Part shown: one piece after another, positions 28,912 to 38,490 of the stretch
Numbering within the stretch: the stretch's first letter is position 1
How the letters are laid out: each line of letters starts with the position of its first letter
DNA from: Minisyncoccota bacterium
GTDB taxonomy: Bacteria > Patescibacteriota > Minisyncoccia > Phycocordibacterales > UBA5272
Reading direction: 5' to 3'
Assembly (NCBI GenBank): GCA_041651055.1
Contig: JBAZJW010000001.1
Coordinates: 84,737-148,736, forward strand
Length of the DNA: 64,000 nucleotides
Program-made: the position numbers and the translations under genes
Notes under the pieces: generated by a model
Database searches by the model: none
Seen by the model: only the letters and a program-made list of their open reading frames with translations
What the model was told of the DNA's origin: nothing

Positions 28912-29817
28912 ATGTCTTTTTCTTCGTTTTCAACCACGCGTATCGTCGTGACCCTTCTTTTGTTTCTTGTTCTTGGATACGGGTATAGAGTACTATCTTC
29001 TGTACCGTCTGATTTTCCTGTAGGAAAAAACTTTACCGTAGAAGAAGGGGAAAGCCTCAGGAGTGTAAGTCTTCGCCTAAAAGAGCAGCATTACATACAT
29101 AGTGCTTTATGGTTTCGCGCAGGGGTTTCATTTTTGGGACGTGACAGACATGTGCAATTGGGTGGATATGTTTTCGACTCAGCCTTACCTCTTTCTGGAA
29201 TCGTTCACAAACTTGTGTCAGGTAAACCAGATGTGCCGCTCATTAGTGTAACTATTCCCGAGGGGAGTACGACATATGAAATTGCAGTACTATTACGAAA
29301 AGCACTGCCTAATTTTTCTATTGATATTTTTGGTGAAAAAGTTTTTGCAGCACAAGCAGATGGTAAACTTTTCCCATCAACTTACTTCTTACTTCCTTCT
29401 ACCGATGAATCTCGTGCTGTAGAAATAATGACAGAGACATTTGCTTTACGATTTTCAGAAAGCTTCACAGGTGTTACTTTCCCAGAAGTACTTCCCACAA
29501 AGGAATCTGTCATTTCTTTGGCTGCTATTTTAGAAGGAGAAGCAAAAACAAAAAATGATATGCAGATTGTTTCTGGAATACTTCAAAAACGCTTACAGAT
29601 CAAGATGCCTTTACAAGTAGATGTGGCACCAGAAACATACAGGAAAAACGGGCTTCCATTACAGCCGATTAATAATCCAGGACTCGTAGCGATTGATGCC
29701 GCCCTTCATCCTACAGCGTCACCGTATCTCTACTACCTCACAGGTAAAGATGGTACAATGCATTACGCTAAAACATTTGAAGAACATAAGAAGAATATAC
29801 AGAAATATTTGAAATAG
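28912..29817 (+). CDS. mltG: Endolytic transglycosylase MltG (YceG-like)
   Basis: VTIPEG, GKLFPSTY, LAAILEGE, MPLQVD, PINNPG, YLYYL..HYAKTFEEH. Confidence 0.9.
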   Translation: MSFSSFSTTRIVVTLLLFLVLGYGYRVLSSVPSDFPVGKNFTVEEGESLRSVSLRLKEQHYIHSALWFRAGVSFLGRDRHVQLGGYVFDSALPLSGIVHKLVSGKPDVPLISVTIPEGSTTYEIAVLLRKALPNFSIDIFGEKVFAAQADGKLFPSTYFLLPSTDESRAVEIMTETFALRFSESFTGVTFPEVLPTKESVISLAAILEGEAKTKNDMQIVSGILQKRLQIKMPLQVDVAPETYRKNGLPLQPINNPGLVAIDAALHPTASPYLYYLTGKDGTMHYAKTFEEHKKNIQKYLK

Positions 29818-29933
29818 TTATTAGTAATTGGTTATTAGTAATTAGTTGTGATACTCTTTTATGTATTAATATTTATCTGTATTTACTAATCTGTGTTTAC
29901 TAATTACCAATAACTAATAACCAATTACTAATT
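29815..29933. repeat. Inverted pair of period-7 arrays
   Basis: TAGTTAT/TAGTAAT/TGGTTAT units, then TACTAAT/TACCAAT/AACTAAT units up to the ATG. Confidence 0.75.
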
Positions 29934-30485
29934 ATGAAAATCCACAACCTCGCTTTTATTGATACCGAAACCACAGGAACAGATCCAGACAAACATGAAA
30001 TCATCGAACTTGCTGTGGTGATCGCACGACAGGTGCCACGCGAAGGTAAGGGTCCGAAGCTTGAAATCATAGAAGAGTGTGAGTGGAAAATAAAAATGGA
30101 ACGTCCAGAGAAAGCCGAAGAAGCCGCTCTTCGTGTGAATGGTTACAATGAAGTGGACTGGATGTTCGCAGTGGATAGAAAGAAGGCCATGGAGGAGTTT
30201 GCCAAGAAGACGCAGAGTTGTACGTTCGTATCGCACAATCTCGTTTTTGATTATGGTTTTATTATGAAAGCATTTGAAGAAACCGGTGTAGAGAATCGTA
30301 TGCACTATGCGAAATTAGATACCATCTCTATGGCACTTGCTCGATTGTACGATGCGCCGTCTGCTGATAAGTTTTCTCTCCGAGCACTGTGTGAATTATT
30401 GAAGGTAGAAAACACAAAGGCTCACACTGCACTCGCGGATACCAAAGCACTCGTCGCTGTATACCGTAAGTTGATGAATGCATAA
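29934..30485 (+). CDS. DEDDh 3'-5' exonuclease (DnaQ/RNase T-like)
   Basis: IDTETTG, HNLVFD, HTALAD. Confidence 0.9.
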   Translation: MKIHNLAFIDTETTGTDPDKHEIIELAVVIARQVPREGKGPKLEIIEECEWKIKMERPEKAEEAALRVNGYNEVDWMFAVDRKKAMEEFAKKTQSCTFVSHNLVFDYGFIMKAFEETGVENRMHYAKLDTISMALARLYDAPSADKFSLRALCELLKVENTKAHTALADTKALVAVYRKLMNA

Positions 30486-30547
30486 ATAAAACATACATAA
30501 AAAAAGCACGGCTTCGGGCCGTGCTTTTGCTTGCGATCCACTCATTC

Positions 30548-30910
30548 TCATTGCGGGATCGCTGGTTCAAGCCAGCAGTAGACCTGTGGGACAGGATCAC
30601 CGCCTTCTTCTGGCTGGAAGAATACTGTCTGACACACCCGCACCTGATAGTAGGGCTGCCACGGGTAGACAAACGTTGGTTGGGGTACATAGATTCCCCA
30701 ATATGGCCGTTGAGGTACGGCGTATACCGCAGAGGGCCGTGCGTACCCCAGCGGTGAGACATGTGCAGATTGGGGCACCTGTCCACCGTAGCGTGCTTGA
30801 TGCCCATGTCCGCCGTAATGTTGGGCATGGGCTGGCGACGTCACACTGCTGATAATGAACAGCAGTAGTAGAAACAATATCGGAAAGAGCAGTCTTCGCG
30901 TCCTCATCAT
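30548..30910 (-). CDS. Orphan secreted G/Y/P/Q-rich protein, 120 aa (cassette 4)
   Basis: AAGGAG SD, signal peptide ending in AHA, promoter TTGTAC-18-TACCAT (30968-30939), terminator about 30500-30529. Start revised. Confidence 0.65.
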   Translation of the reverse strand: MMRTRRLLFPILFLLLLFIISSVTSPAHAQHYGGHGHQARYGGQVPQSAHVSPLGYARPSAVYAVPQRPYWGIYVPQPTFVYPWQPYYQVRVCQTVFFQPEEGGDPVPQVYCWLEPAIPQ

Positions 30911-30998
30911 GATCTCCTTGGTTGTTGAGGTGCTCTTAATGGTAGTACATATCTCACGCTTTGTACAATATAAAAAAGGCGCCGATGGCGCCTGGGGT

Positions 30999-31202
30999 TC
31001 ATGGAAGAAATACATTCGCCATGGTCGGCGAATCGTAGAAAGCAAGAGGTTGAAATTCCTCATTGCTCCGGTCGGCTGCTGCACGATCTTCCGCATGGTC
31101 GTCATTTCGTGACACACGGTGAGGGTGATGTTTGCTGTCCTCTTCAGTTATCCCATCTACCGTAAAGGGGTGTCTTTTTACACTCGCTGCAGATTTTTTC
31201 AT
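30999..31202 (-). CDS. Orphan small protein, 67 aa (cassette 5)
   Basis: GAGGACGGGG before the ATG, promoter TTGCAC-18-TATGAT (31308-31279), terminator AGGCGCC-GAT-GGCGCCT with an A-run at about 30972-30993. Confidence 0.5.
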   Translation of the reverse strand: MKKSAASVKRHPFTVDGITEEDSKHHPHRVSRNDDHAEDRAAADRSNEEFQPLAFYDSPTMANVFLP

Positions 31203-31331
31203 TTTCCCCGTCCTCTTCGTGGCTGGTTGTGTGCGCTTCGTTACGATTAGCCATTTCGTAAAGAAGTATCCGTACCTAATCATACAACGAATATGCATGC
31301 GTGTGCAATATAAATATGATAGAGTGTTTTT

Positions 31332-32387
31332 ATGAATAGTGAATCTTCACACAATAAGAAAAAGGTATTTGTCGGTATGTCAGGTGGCGTGGACTCGTCT
31401 GTTTCTGCGGCATTACTCAAGAAAGAGGGGTACGACGTCACCGGAGTGTTTATCAAGGTCTGGCAGCCAGATTTTATTGAATGTACATGGAAAGAGGACA
31501 GACTAGACGCCATGCGTGTGGCATCTCTCCTTGATATTCCATTCGTCACTCTTGATCTTGAAAAAGAATATAAAGAAGGTGTGATTGATTACATGATCGA
31601 TGAATACAGAAAAGGACGCACGCCGAATCCGGACGTGATGTGTAATCGAGAAGTAAAATTCGGTGCATTTTTGAAATGGGCAAAAGAGCAGGATGGAAAC
31701 GCATATGTGGCAACTGGTCATTATGCATCACACAATGGAAACTCTTTGGTGAAAAGTAGAGATGAAGAAAAAGATCAGACGTATTTTTTGTGGACGCTTG
31801 CCAAAGAATTACTACCATCAATACTTTTCCCTGTGGGTGGTATGGAAAAAAAGGAAGTACGTGCACTGGCGGAAAAATTCAAGCTTCCTGTTGCTGCCAA
31901 GAAGGATAGTCAAGGGCTTTGTTTTGTGGGGACCATCGATGTGAAGACACTTCTCAAGAAGTATATAGATGAAAAAGAAGGGGAGGTAAAAAATGAACAA
32001 GGGGACGTATTGGGCACACACACCGGAGTTATGTTTTATACCATCGGTGAGCGACACGGATTTACGATTACAAAAAAGTCTACCGATGAAGAGCCGTATT
32101 TCGTTGTGGCAAAAGATTTTGGTACAAACACACTCGTCGTATCTCACACACCTCCCATTGAAACTCATGGTGAAATTATTTCACTTGAGAAAACAAATTG
32201 GACAAAAGAAATACATAAAGGAGATGTGTACGAGGCACGTGCTCGCTATCGCGCACCCTTGGCCAAGGTTGAGGTTATCGACAGTACACATATGAAAGTA
32301 TCAGAAGGGGAGTTAACCGCGACCCCAGGTCAATCTTTCGTGTTGTATGATGGAAATCTCTGTGTCGGAGGAGGAATTATACTCTAG
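31332..32387 (+). CDS. mnmA: tRNA 2-thiouridylase MnmA
   Basis: SGGVDSS, TPNPDVMCN, ATGHY, KDQTYFL, DSQGLCF, PGQ. Confidence 0.96.
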   Translation: MNSESSHNKKKVFVGMSGGVDSSVSAALLKKEGYDVTGVFIKVWQPDFIECTWKEDRLDAMRVASLLDIPFVTLDLEKEYKEGVIDYMIDEYRKGRTPNPDVMCNREVKFGAFLKWAKEQDGNAYVATGHYASHNGNSLVKSRDEEKDQTYFLWTLAKELLPSILFPVGGMEKKEVRALAEKFKLPVAAKKDSQGLCFVGTIDVKTLLKKYIDEKEGEVKNEQGDVLGTHTGVMFYTIGERHGFTITKKSTDEEPYFVVAKDFGTNTLVVSHTPPIETHGEIISLEKTNWTKEIHKGDVYEARARYRAPLAKVEVIDSTHMKVSEGELTATPGQSFVLYDGNLCVGGGIIL

Positions 32388-32393
32388 GCTAGT

Positions 32394-33074
32394 TTAGTGC
32401 TTGTGATCTGAGATGTGCTCATGATCATGCTTCACATGGAAACGTATTTCGAGATAAATAATCCAGAGCACAATGGCGGCAAGTGATGAGATACTTGCTA
32501 TTTCAAGTGCATGGAATTGTTCATCATTAATTTTCTTTCCTAACATAAAAATAAGAATAGCTGCGACAGGAGAACCTATTTGGGCGAATATTCCATAGAC
32601 GACAGTTCTTTTTATGGAAAGCCCAAGACTACGAAGTACGGTAAGTGTTCCGACTATCTTTGGAAGTTCGTGAATAATGATACCAATAGTCGCTGCATAT
32701 CCAAGTACGGGGCTTACGATGTATGTGGCACCGATCACAGCCCCATCGATGAGAGAGTGGAAGGCTTCACTGATAACTATACCCTTCGCACCCTCTGCTT
32801 CTTGATTATGTGTATGTCCGTGATTGAAATGTGAAAGAATAAAAATGGTAATGAGTGCTGTGACTCCTCCTATAACGATATCAATAAGACTAAGACTATC
32901 GCCATTTTCACGAAATGCATCGAATACTGCAAAGGCAAGGAGGGCTAAACCTATAGAGAGGAAAGTTATTTTCCAGCCACCTTTGAAAAGATTTCTTCGT
33001 AAAAGAAGCGCAAGCAAGGCGAGTAAAGGGAGTGAGCTCGCACTGAGGGCCATGAGTAGGAAAGATGTATTCAT
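32394..33074 (-). CDS. ZIP-family divalent metal transporter
   Basis: HSLIDG, HELP and His-rich loops (HGHTH). Confidence 0.85.
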   Translation of the reverse strand: MNTSFLLMALSASSLPLLALLALLLRRNLFKGGWKITFLSIGLALLAFAVFDAFRENGDSLSLIDIVIGGVTALITIFILSHFNHGHTHNQEAEGAKGIVISEAFHSLIDGAVIGATYIVSPVLGYAATIGIIIHELPKIVGTLTVLRSLGLSIKRTVVYGIFAQIGSPVAAILIFMLGKKINDEQFHALEIASISSLAAIVLWIIYLEIRFHVKHDHEHISDHKH

Positions 33075-33102
33075 TCATAAAGTCTATCGTATCTTTTTGG
33101 AA

Positions 33103-33158
33103 TATGCAAGTCACTTGCATAAAGAGGTAGTAGTCATGATATGCAAACTCTTCGCATA
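33103..33158. promoter_or_regulatory. Putative Zur/Fur operator pair
   Basis: Perfect TATGCAAGT-C-ACTTGCATA (33103-33121) and degenerate TATGCAAAC-T-CTTCGCATA (33140-33158) between divergent ZIP and Fur genes. Confidence 0.7.
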
Positions 33159-33201
33159 AAACTGTACAAAGAGTATTGCTCCGTGATACTATTCAAGCTA
33201 T

Positions 33202-33630
33202 ATGGCACGATATTCAAAGGAAGATTTGGAGACAATGATACAAGAAGCAGGACTACGAGTCACAGAACACCGTACTGCAGTGCTTTCCTTTTTGTCTAAA
33301 GTGAAAAATCCAGTGACTGTATATGAATTGGTTGACGCTCTTCGCAAGAAGAATAACATTGACCAGGCTACGGTATACCGAAACCTTTCTTCTTTGCATG
33401 AAGCTGGACTTCTTCGCCGCCTCGACTTCAACCATGGGCATGCACACTATGAATTAGAAACAGGACGCGCATCGCATCAACTTGTGTGTGGTAAGTGCGA
33501 GACTATCGAAAAGATAGAGGGGATTTCTATTGATGATGTTGTTAAAAAAATGCTCAAGAAAAGTAAAAAGTTTAAGCAGACTACAACACATTCTATGGAG
33601 ATATACGGACTCTGTAAGTCTTGTGCGTAG
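33202..33630 (+). CDS. Fur-family regulator (probably Zur-like)
   Basis: GLRVTEHR, ATVYRNL, HQLVCGKC, YGLCKSC. Confidence 0.9.
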   Translation: MARYSKEDLETMIQEAGLRVTEHRTAVLSFLSKVKNPVTVYELVDALRKKNNIDQATVYRNLSSLHEAGLLRRLDFNHGHAHYELETGRASHQLVCGKCETIEKIEGISIDDVVKKMLKKSKKFKQTTTHSMEIYGLCKSCA

Positions 33631-33700
33631 ATTGACTTTTCATAAATAAAGTGGTATAGTATGGACTGACAATTTTGTCAGGAAACAAAAAGGATCGCGC

Positions 33701-34147
33701 ATGAATGCACGACGGACAAGGGTAGAGGGTGTTTTGGAAAGGATTAACCAAGCGGAACAGGGCGAAGCACATGCTCGTACCGTTGAGTTGATTCTGAAAG
33801 CCATGAAGCCTCTGACAAAGGCTGAACACGGTACCCAGGCAACGGTTGTACTTGCTCCAGAGGGGTATAACCATATGAGTCTTGAAACAAAAAAAGTAAA
33901 AAGTTTCGAGGCGGTGACCAATGACGCTGGCGGTGTGGAGCTATGGATTCCCAGAAAATCCTTGGTGAATGTTATCGTTACTCACGGTGGTTCGCACGAA
34001 CACCTAGGAAAAGTATCTTTTTATTTTTGGAACGGTAAACAGCTGTCCAAAGGTGGGGTTCTTCTGAACAAGTCCTTCACCACAGGCAGGTTGAGTGAAC
34101 GACTTGGGCCATTCTTCGCACCAGAACGGTTGGTCAGGAAAAAATAA
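33701..34147 (+). CDS. Orphan protein, 148 aa (cassette 6)
   Basis: Promoter TTGACT-17-TATAGT (33632-33660), AAGGA SD, terminator 34182-34208. Confidence 0.65.
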   Translation: MNARRTRVEGVLERINQAEQGEAHARTVELILKAMKPLTKAEHGTQATVVLAPEGYNHMSLETKKVKSFEAVTNDAGGVELWIPRKSLVNVIVTHGGSHEHLGKVSFYFWNGKQLSKGGVLLNKSFTTGRLSERLGPFFAPERLVRKK

Positions 34148-34250
34148 TTCCTACGACAAATAAATTGTCTTGTAGGAACGCAAAGGCCTCACGTGGGGCC
34201 TTTTTTTTATATAAAAAAGCCGGCGCAAGGTTGCGCCGGCTGAGTCTTCA

Positions 34251-34610
34251 TTACAGTTGGTTGAAGAAGACTTTTGGCTGACCGTACATCACCCCGCTGA
34301 CTTGACGGTCAACGGCATACGCCGCCCATGTTTTCAGTTTTGAAACACTTCCTCTTCCTACAGGACGGAATTCATGCCCACCCACCAGGATTGTCATATT
34401 TTGACGTTTGCCGCGCCGCAAGACGAGGACTTCTTCGTCAATGATTCTCATGATGTGAGGCTTCACTTCAACCCCTCCGATCTTTTTACAGAGAAGCTGT
34501 AATCCATTTCGTCGCCCATTTTTTGTTTTTGTTGCTTCGGTCAAGATTCGACTGAGTCTATTTTTTCCAGAATGCAATCTGACGACGTTTCTGCCGTTTT
34601 TTCCTCGCAT
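34251..34610 (-). CDS. Orphan basic protein, 119 aa (cassette 7)
   Basis: GGAG SD, promoter TGGACA-17-TAGTAT (34670-34642), terminator 34213-34241. Start revised. Confidence 0.6.
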   Translation of the reverse strand: MRGKNGRNVVRLHSGKNRLSRILTEATKTKNGRRNGLQLLCKKIGGVEVKPHIMRIIDEEVLVLRRGKRQNMTILVGGHEFRPVGRGSVSKLKTWAAYAVDRQVSGVMYGQPKVFFNQL

Positions 34611-34713
34611 GTTTTTCTCCGGTTGTTGTTGAAGCATCTATATACTACAATCCTTTCATCATTTTGTCCAGTTGTACTATACTTACAACAGTATTCATAA
34701 TTAATAAATATCT

Positions 34714-35490
34714 ATGCCTGAAACCTATAAAGATTTACTCAAAAATAATGTTGTCGCTTTCGGAATTGTGATTAGTGTTGCTTGGGTAGCAAGCTCTTTT
34801 GTCCTCGCTGGCGGTATTGGACATCTCAAACAAAATAATAGTATCAGTGTGACCGGAACAGCTGAAAAGATTGTTGAAAGTGATGCCGGTAAATGGACTT
34901 TTTCTACGACGAGAATTACAGCACCTGAGGGGTATGCTTTCGCAGCAAAGCAATTACGTGATGCCTCCGATATAACGGTGAAATATTTGGTAAATCGTGG
35001 GGTGGATGCAAAAGGTATTACCGTGCAACCTGTTGTGACTGGTGTTATTTGTCAGACACAGAATCAGACGATGTACGACGGTATGGGGAAGCAACAGTGT
35101 TCGGGTTCTTTTCAGAACACACTTTCACAACAAATCATTGTTGAATCAAGTGATGTGAATGCTATTCGTGATTTATCACTTAACGCTGCGAATGCGTTAT
35201 CGTTGCTCGGTGTTCAGATTCAAACAAATTCAGTAGATTTCTTTTATACAAAATTATCAGATTTACGTGTAGAGCTTCTGGCGGAAGCATCGAAGAATGC
35301 AAAAGAGAGAGCCGAAGCTATTGCGAAAAGTACAGGAGATGCGATCGGTTCAGTGAATGATGCTTCTCAGGGAGTGTTCCAGATTACACAAAAGAATAGT
35401 ACAGAAGTAAGTGATTACGGAAGTTACGATACTTCGACGATTGAAAAGAAAGTTACAGCAATCGTGAGGGCGAGTTTTCAAGTGAAGTAG
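34714..35490 (+). CDS. SIMPL domain (DUF541) protein
   Basis: N-terminal TM, ISVTGTAE, A..NAKERAEAIA, GVFQIT, K.VTAIVRASF. Confidence 0.85.
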   Translation: MPETYKDLLKNNVVAFGIVISVAWVASSFVLAGGIGHLKQNNSISVTGTAEKIVESDAGKWTFSTTRITAPEGYAFAAKQLRDASDITVKYLVNRGVDAKGITVQPVVTGVICQTQNQTMYDGMGKQQCSGSFQNTLSQQIIVESSDVNAIRDLSLNAANALSLLGVQIQTNSVDFFYTKLSDLRVELLAEASKNAKERAEAIAKSTGDAIGSVNDASQGVFQITQKNSTEVSDYGSYDTSTIEKKVTAIVRASFQVK

Positions 35491-35544
35491 AAGAAGGAAA
35501 ACAAAAAAACGACATCCTTACGATGTCGTTTTTATGTTACTTGG

Positions 35545-36297
35545 TTATTTGTTAAGTGCTTCGTCGATCGCGGCCTTGAAGTATGCTTCTGGACGAGCAC
35601 CATCTACCATTGCGACAACCTCGTATCCTTTACGAGTTTTTACGAGGACAAATGTTGAAGGAGTTCCTTGTACACCAGCCGCCGCTCCATCTGTCATAGA
35701 GGTATTAATTATATCGGAAGTTTTTGGATCATTCATGCATGATGTGAAAGATGCCACATCAAGTCCAATATTTTTTGCCAAGTCCTCCTTTCCTGTAGCC
35801 GGAAGCTGAGGGGATGAATTGGTCTGTGATTGTTTTGGAACCTTAAAGCCGAATAATGCATCAATGTATTCAAAATGTTTCTGCGCGCCGCCTACGATTC
35901 CTGCACATTGTATTGCTTTTGATTCATCAAAAGCATGTGGGTGAATACTTGTAAGTGGAAAATGCCGATATACGAATGCGACTTTGGATGCGTAATCAGT
36001 ACGAATCTTTTGTATTGTTGGGTATACCGAAATACAGTATGGGCATTCTGGGTCTGAGTACTCAACGACGACGACCTTACTATTGATCTTTCCTCCGATG
36101 TAATCAGCTTCATCCACCACCTTTCCTGTGAACATTGTCGCGGCAACTTTCGCTGTTCCTCCTTGCATAATAAACCCATACGCAACAAGTCCTCCTGCGA
36201 CAATGACAGCACCAAATAAAATGGCAACCGGTGTACTAAGTGTGAATTTCTTAAAGAATGTCGTAATTGATTTGAAAATATGATGTATTTTGTTCAT
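35545..36297 (-). CDS. DsbA-family thioredoxin
   Basis: VEYSDPECPYC, RHFPL, GVQGTP. Confidence 0.9.
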   Translation of the reverse strand: MNKIHHIFKSITTFFKKFTLSTPVAILFGAVIVAGGLVAYGFIMQGGTAKVAATMFTGKVVDEADYIGGKINSKVVVVEYSDPECPYCISVYPTIQKIRTDYASKVAFVYRHFPLTSIHPHAFDESKAIQCAGIVGGAQKHFEYIDALFGFKVPKQSQTNSSPQLPATGKEDLAKNIGLDVASFTSCMNDPKTSDIINTSMTDGAAAGVQGTPSTFVLVKTRKGYEVVAMVDGARPEAYFKAAIDEALNK

Positions 36298-36330
36298 AGT
36301 GGTTTATACTGAATATCAAGAAAGTATATC

Positions 36331-36903
36331 ATGAACAAAACATCTCTTTTTACAAAACAGACCTTTAAGCGCCTTCTTGTTGGGACACTTCTTGAATTTG
36401 GTCCTATTTTTGTATTCTTGCTTTCCTTTCATCATTTTCGTATTTATGAGGCGACAATTGTTCTTATGATTACGACGATTATTTCAACGGTTGTGACCTA
36501 CAAGGTTCAGAAACGTCTCCCGTATCTCGCGCTGTACGTTGCTTTCCTGACTATGCTTTTTGGATATCTTACGATTGCGCACCATCAGCCGAAATTTATT
36601 CAAATGAGGGATACGCTCTATGATGTGACCTGCGCGCTCACGCTTTTGATCGGTCTTATGATTAATGTTCCTTTTCTTAAACTTGCTTTTCATGAGGTGC
36701 TGCCGATGACGAATCGTGCATGGACGCGGCTTACCTACACATGGATAACTTTTTTTATTTTCACTGCAATGGGGAACGAATACGTACGAAGAACAATGAC
36801 ACTTAAGGAATGGTTTGACTTCAAAAGTGTCGTGGTTATTCTTACTGCATTATGCGGAGCCCTTGCGCTCTATTTTTTGTACGAAAAAGCAGGGGAAAAA
36901 TAA
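36331..36903 (+). CDS. YciB/IspA-like inner membrane protein
   Basis: EFGPIFVF, FGYLT..H.PKFIQM, W..L...W..FF...NEYV. Confidence 0.8.
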   Translation: MNKTSLFTKQTFKRLLVGTLLEFGPIFVFLLSFHHFRIYEATIVLMITTIISTVVTYKVQKRLPYLALYVAFLTMLFGYLTIAHHQPKFIQMRDTLYDVTCALTLLIGLMINVPFLKLAFHEVLPMTNRAWTRLTYTWITFFIFTAMGNEYVRRTMTLKEWFDFKSVVVILTALCGALALYFLYEKAGEK

Positions 36904-37015
36904 TTAGACGGCTTATCGTCAATGGTCTGTAGACTATAAACTTACACAGAATGCGAGGCAGAGATACAGTGGGCACTGTATCTCTGTATCGTTTTGTGGT
37001 AAACTAGCGCACATT

Positions 37016-37849
37016 ATGTCCGAGGCAACATCTACCCACGAAACAGCTAACGAATCAACTATTCTTCACGTGTATGAAGAAATTCCCTCTATTTCATCAC
37101 CGACACTTGGAAGTGTAGGACCTCTTACGATCGCAACATCAACGGTTACGGTTATGTTTATTACCGTGCTTCTCGTGGTGCTCTCTATAAAAGCTTCTCG
37201 CTCAACAATGATTCCCGGAAAATTCCAGCACATTCTCGAGATTTTTTATGAAATGGTTTCTGATTTTATTACGTCGATTGTCGGAAGTAAAGAAAAGGCT
37301 AAAGTGATAATTCCGTATGTTGGAGCACTCATGACATACTTGATTGTAGCGAACCTGCTTCCTATGGTGCCACTTATTGGAAGTTTTTATGTGCTCATAG
37401 ATGGAGAACATGTGCCACTTTTCCGTGGAGCAACGACGGATTTTAATACGACGTTTGGTCTCGCTCTTGCGGTTATCGTAACAATGCAGGTTGTCGGCAT
37501 TCGCCAGCAAGGAGCTCTCGGCTATCTTTCACACTTCATACAGATCAAGCAGGTGTACAGAGGGTTCAAGAAAAGCTTTGGAGAGGGAATGACATCAATC
37601 GTTGGATTCTTCGTGGGGTTGATTGAAATTGTCAGTGAATTCGCAAAGATACTTTCTCTTTCTCTTCGTCTTTTTGGAAACATGTTTGCTCATGAAGTAT
37701 TGACGGTTATTTTGCTCGGAGCCTTTTCTGTGGCCGTGCCTGCTATTTGGATGGGAATGGGACTACTCGTTGGTGTCGTTCAATCTATTGTATTCGTCGC
37801 GCTCGTGACGGTGTACTATTCGTTGGTGTTGAAGAAAGAAGGACATTAA
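37016..37849 (+). CDS. atpB: ATP synthase F0 subunit a
   Basis: TTDFNTTFGLA, SLSLRLFGNMFA, VQSIVF. Confidence 0.95.
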   Translation: MSEATSTHETANESTILHVYEEIPSISSPTLGSVGPLTIATSTVTVMFITVLLVVLSIKASRSTMIPGKFQHILEIFYEMVSDFITSIVGSKEKAKVIIPYVGALMTYLIVANLLPMVPLIGSFYVLIDGEHVPLFRGATTDFNTTFGLALAVIVTMQVVGIRQQGALGYLSHFIQIKQVYRGFKKSFGEGMTSIVGFFVGLIEIVSEFAKILSLSLRLFGNMFAHEVLTVILLGAFSVAVPAIWMGMGLLVGVVQSIVFVALVTVYYSLVLKKEGH

Positions 37850-37879
37850 ATCGTTGGTCGTTAGGACGTTATTCGTTAG

Positions 37880-38000
37880 GAGGGGATCTGCTGATCTTCA
37901 CGGCTGTTGACGTTTCCTTGTGCGGGCCAATTTGATGGAACCCTGAAAGCGAGCCGACAGGCCGCATAACAGAGTCCGCGATCAGCTGGCTCTTTTTTTA
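37880..38000 (+). ncRNA. Candidate structured RNA between atpB and atpE
   Basis: GC-rich island with nested pairings GCTGATC/GATCAGC, CTGTT/AACAG and GTGCGG/CCGCAT, ending in a T7 run. No family recognised. Confidence 0.4.
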
Positions 38001-38191
38001 TTGCCGGAAACAGTAGTCCAACCTTTCTTCCACAGGAGGAATGCAAAAAAGTATTTTTTCTGCTATACTCCAAACCAAAGCCGAGAGGCGAATTTTTATT
38101 GAAGCGTTATATGTTTTTTGTTGGATTCAAGTATTTTTAGTATTTGTATTTAACTAAAAACTAATAACTAAAAACTAATAACTGAATTTAT

Positions 38192-38410
38192 ATGACCCCA
38201 GAAGCAGCAATTTATATCGCAAAAGGAATGTGTATCCTCGCCATGGTAGGAACGGCTATCGGACAAGGCTACCTCGTTGGCAAGACAATGGAAGCTATTG
38301 GACGTAATCCTGACGTTGAAGGTTCTCTTTTCTCAAAGATGATTATTGGTGTGGCTATGACAGAAACAACTGCCATTTTCGCGCTTGTAGCATTCTTCCT
38401 CCTCAAGTAA
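38192..38410 (+). CDS. atpE: ATP synthase F0 subunit c
   Basis: GQG..EAIGRNP..MTETTAIF. Confidence 0.95.
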   Translation: MTPEAAIYIAKGMCILAMVGTAIGQGYLVGKTMEAIGRNPDVEGSLFSKMIIGVAMTETTAIFALVAFFLLK

Positions 38411-38416
38411 CAAGAA

Positions 38417-38480
38417 CCGTTAATCGTTAGGCAGTTCTTCGTTAGGAAATTCCTAACGAAGAACGAAGAACGTCCTAACT
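38417..38480. repeat. Inverted pair of period-7 arrays (TCGTTAG / AACGAAG)
   Basis: Visible stem TTCTTCGTTAGGA/TCCTAACGAAGAA. A near-identical arrangement lies at 43340-43411. Confidence 0.8.
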
Positions 38481-38490
38481 ATTATTCTTT

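Noticed and set aside
37881-37912. GGGGATCTG... as the 5' end of tmRNA, or the region as SRP/6S RNA
   Set aside because: No T-arm/CCA 3' end lies at a suitable distance, the SRP domain IV motif is absent, and the 6S resemblance is limited to a few short words.
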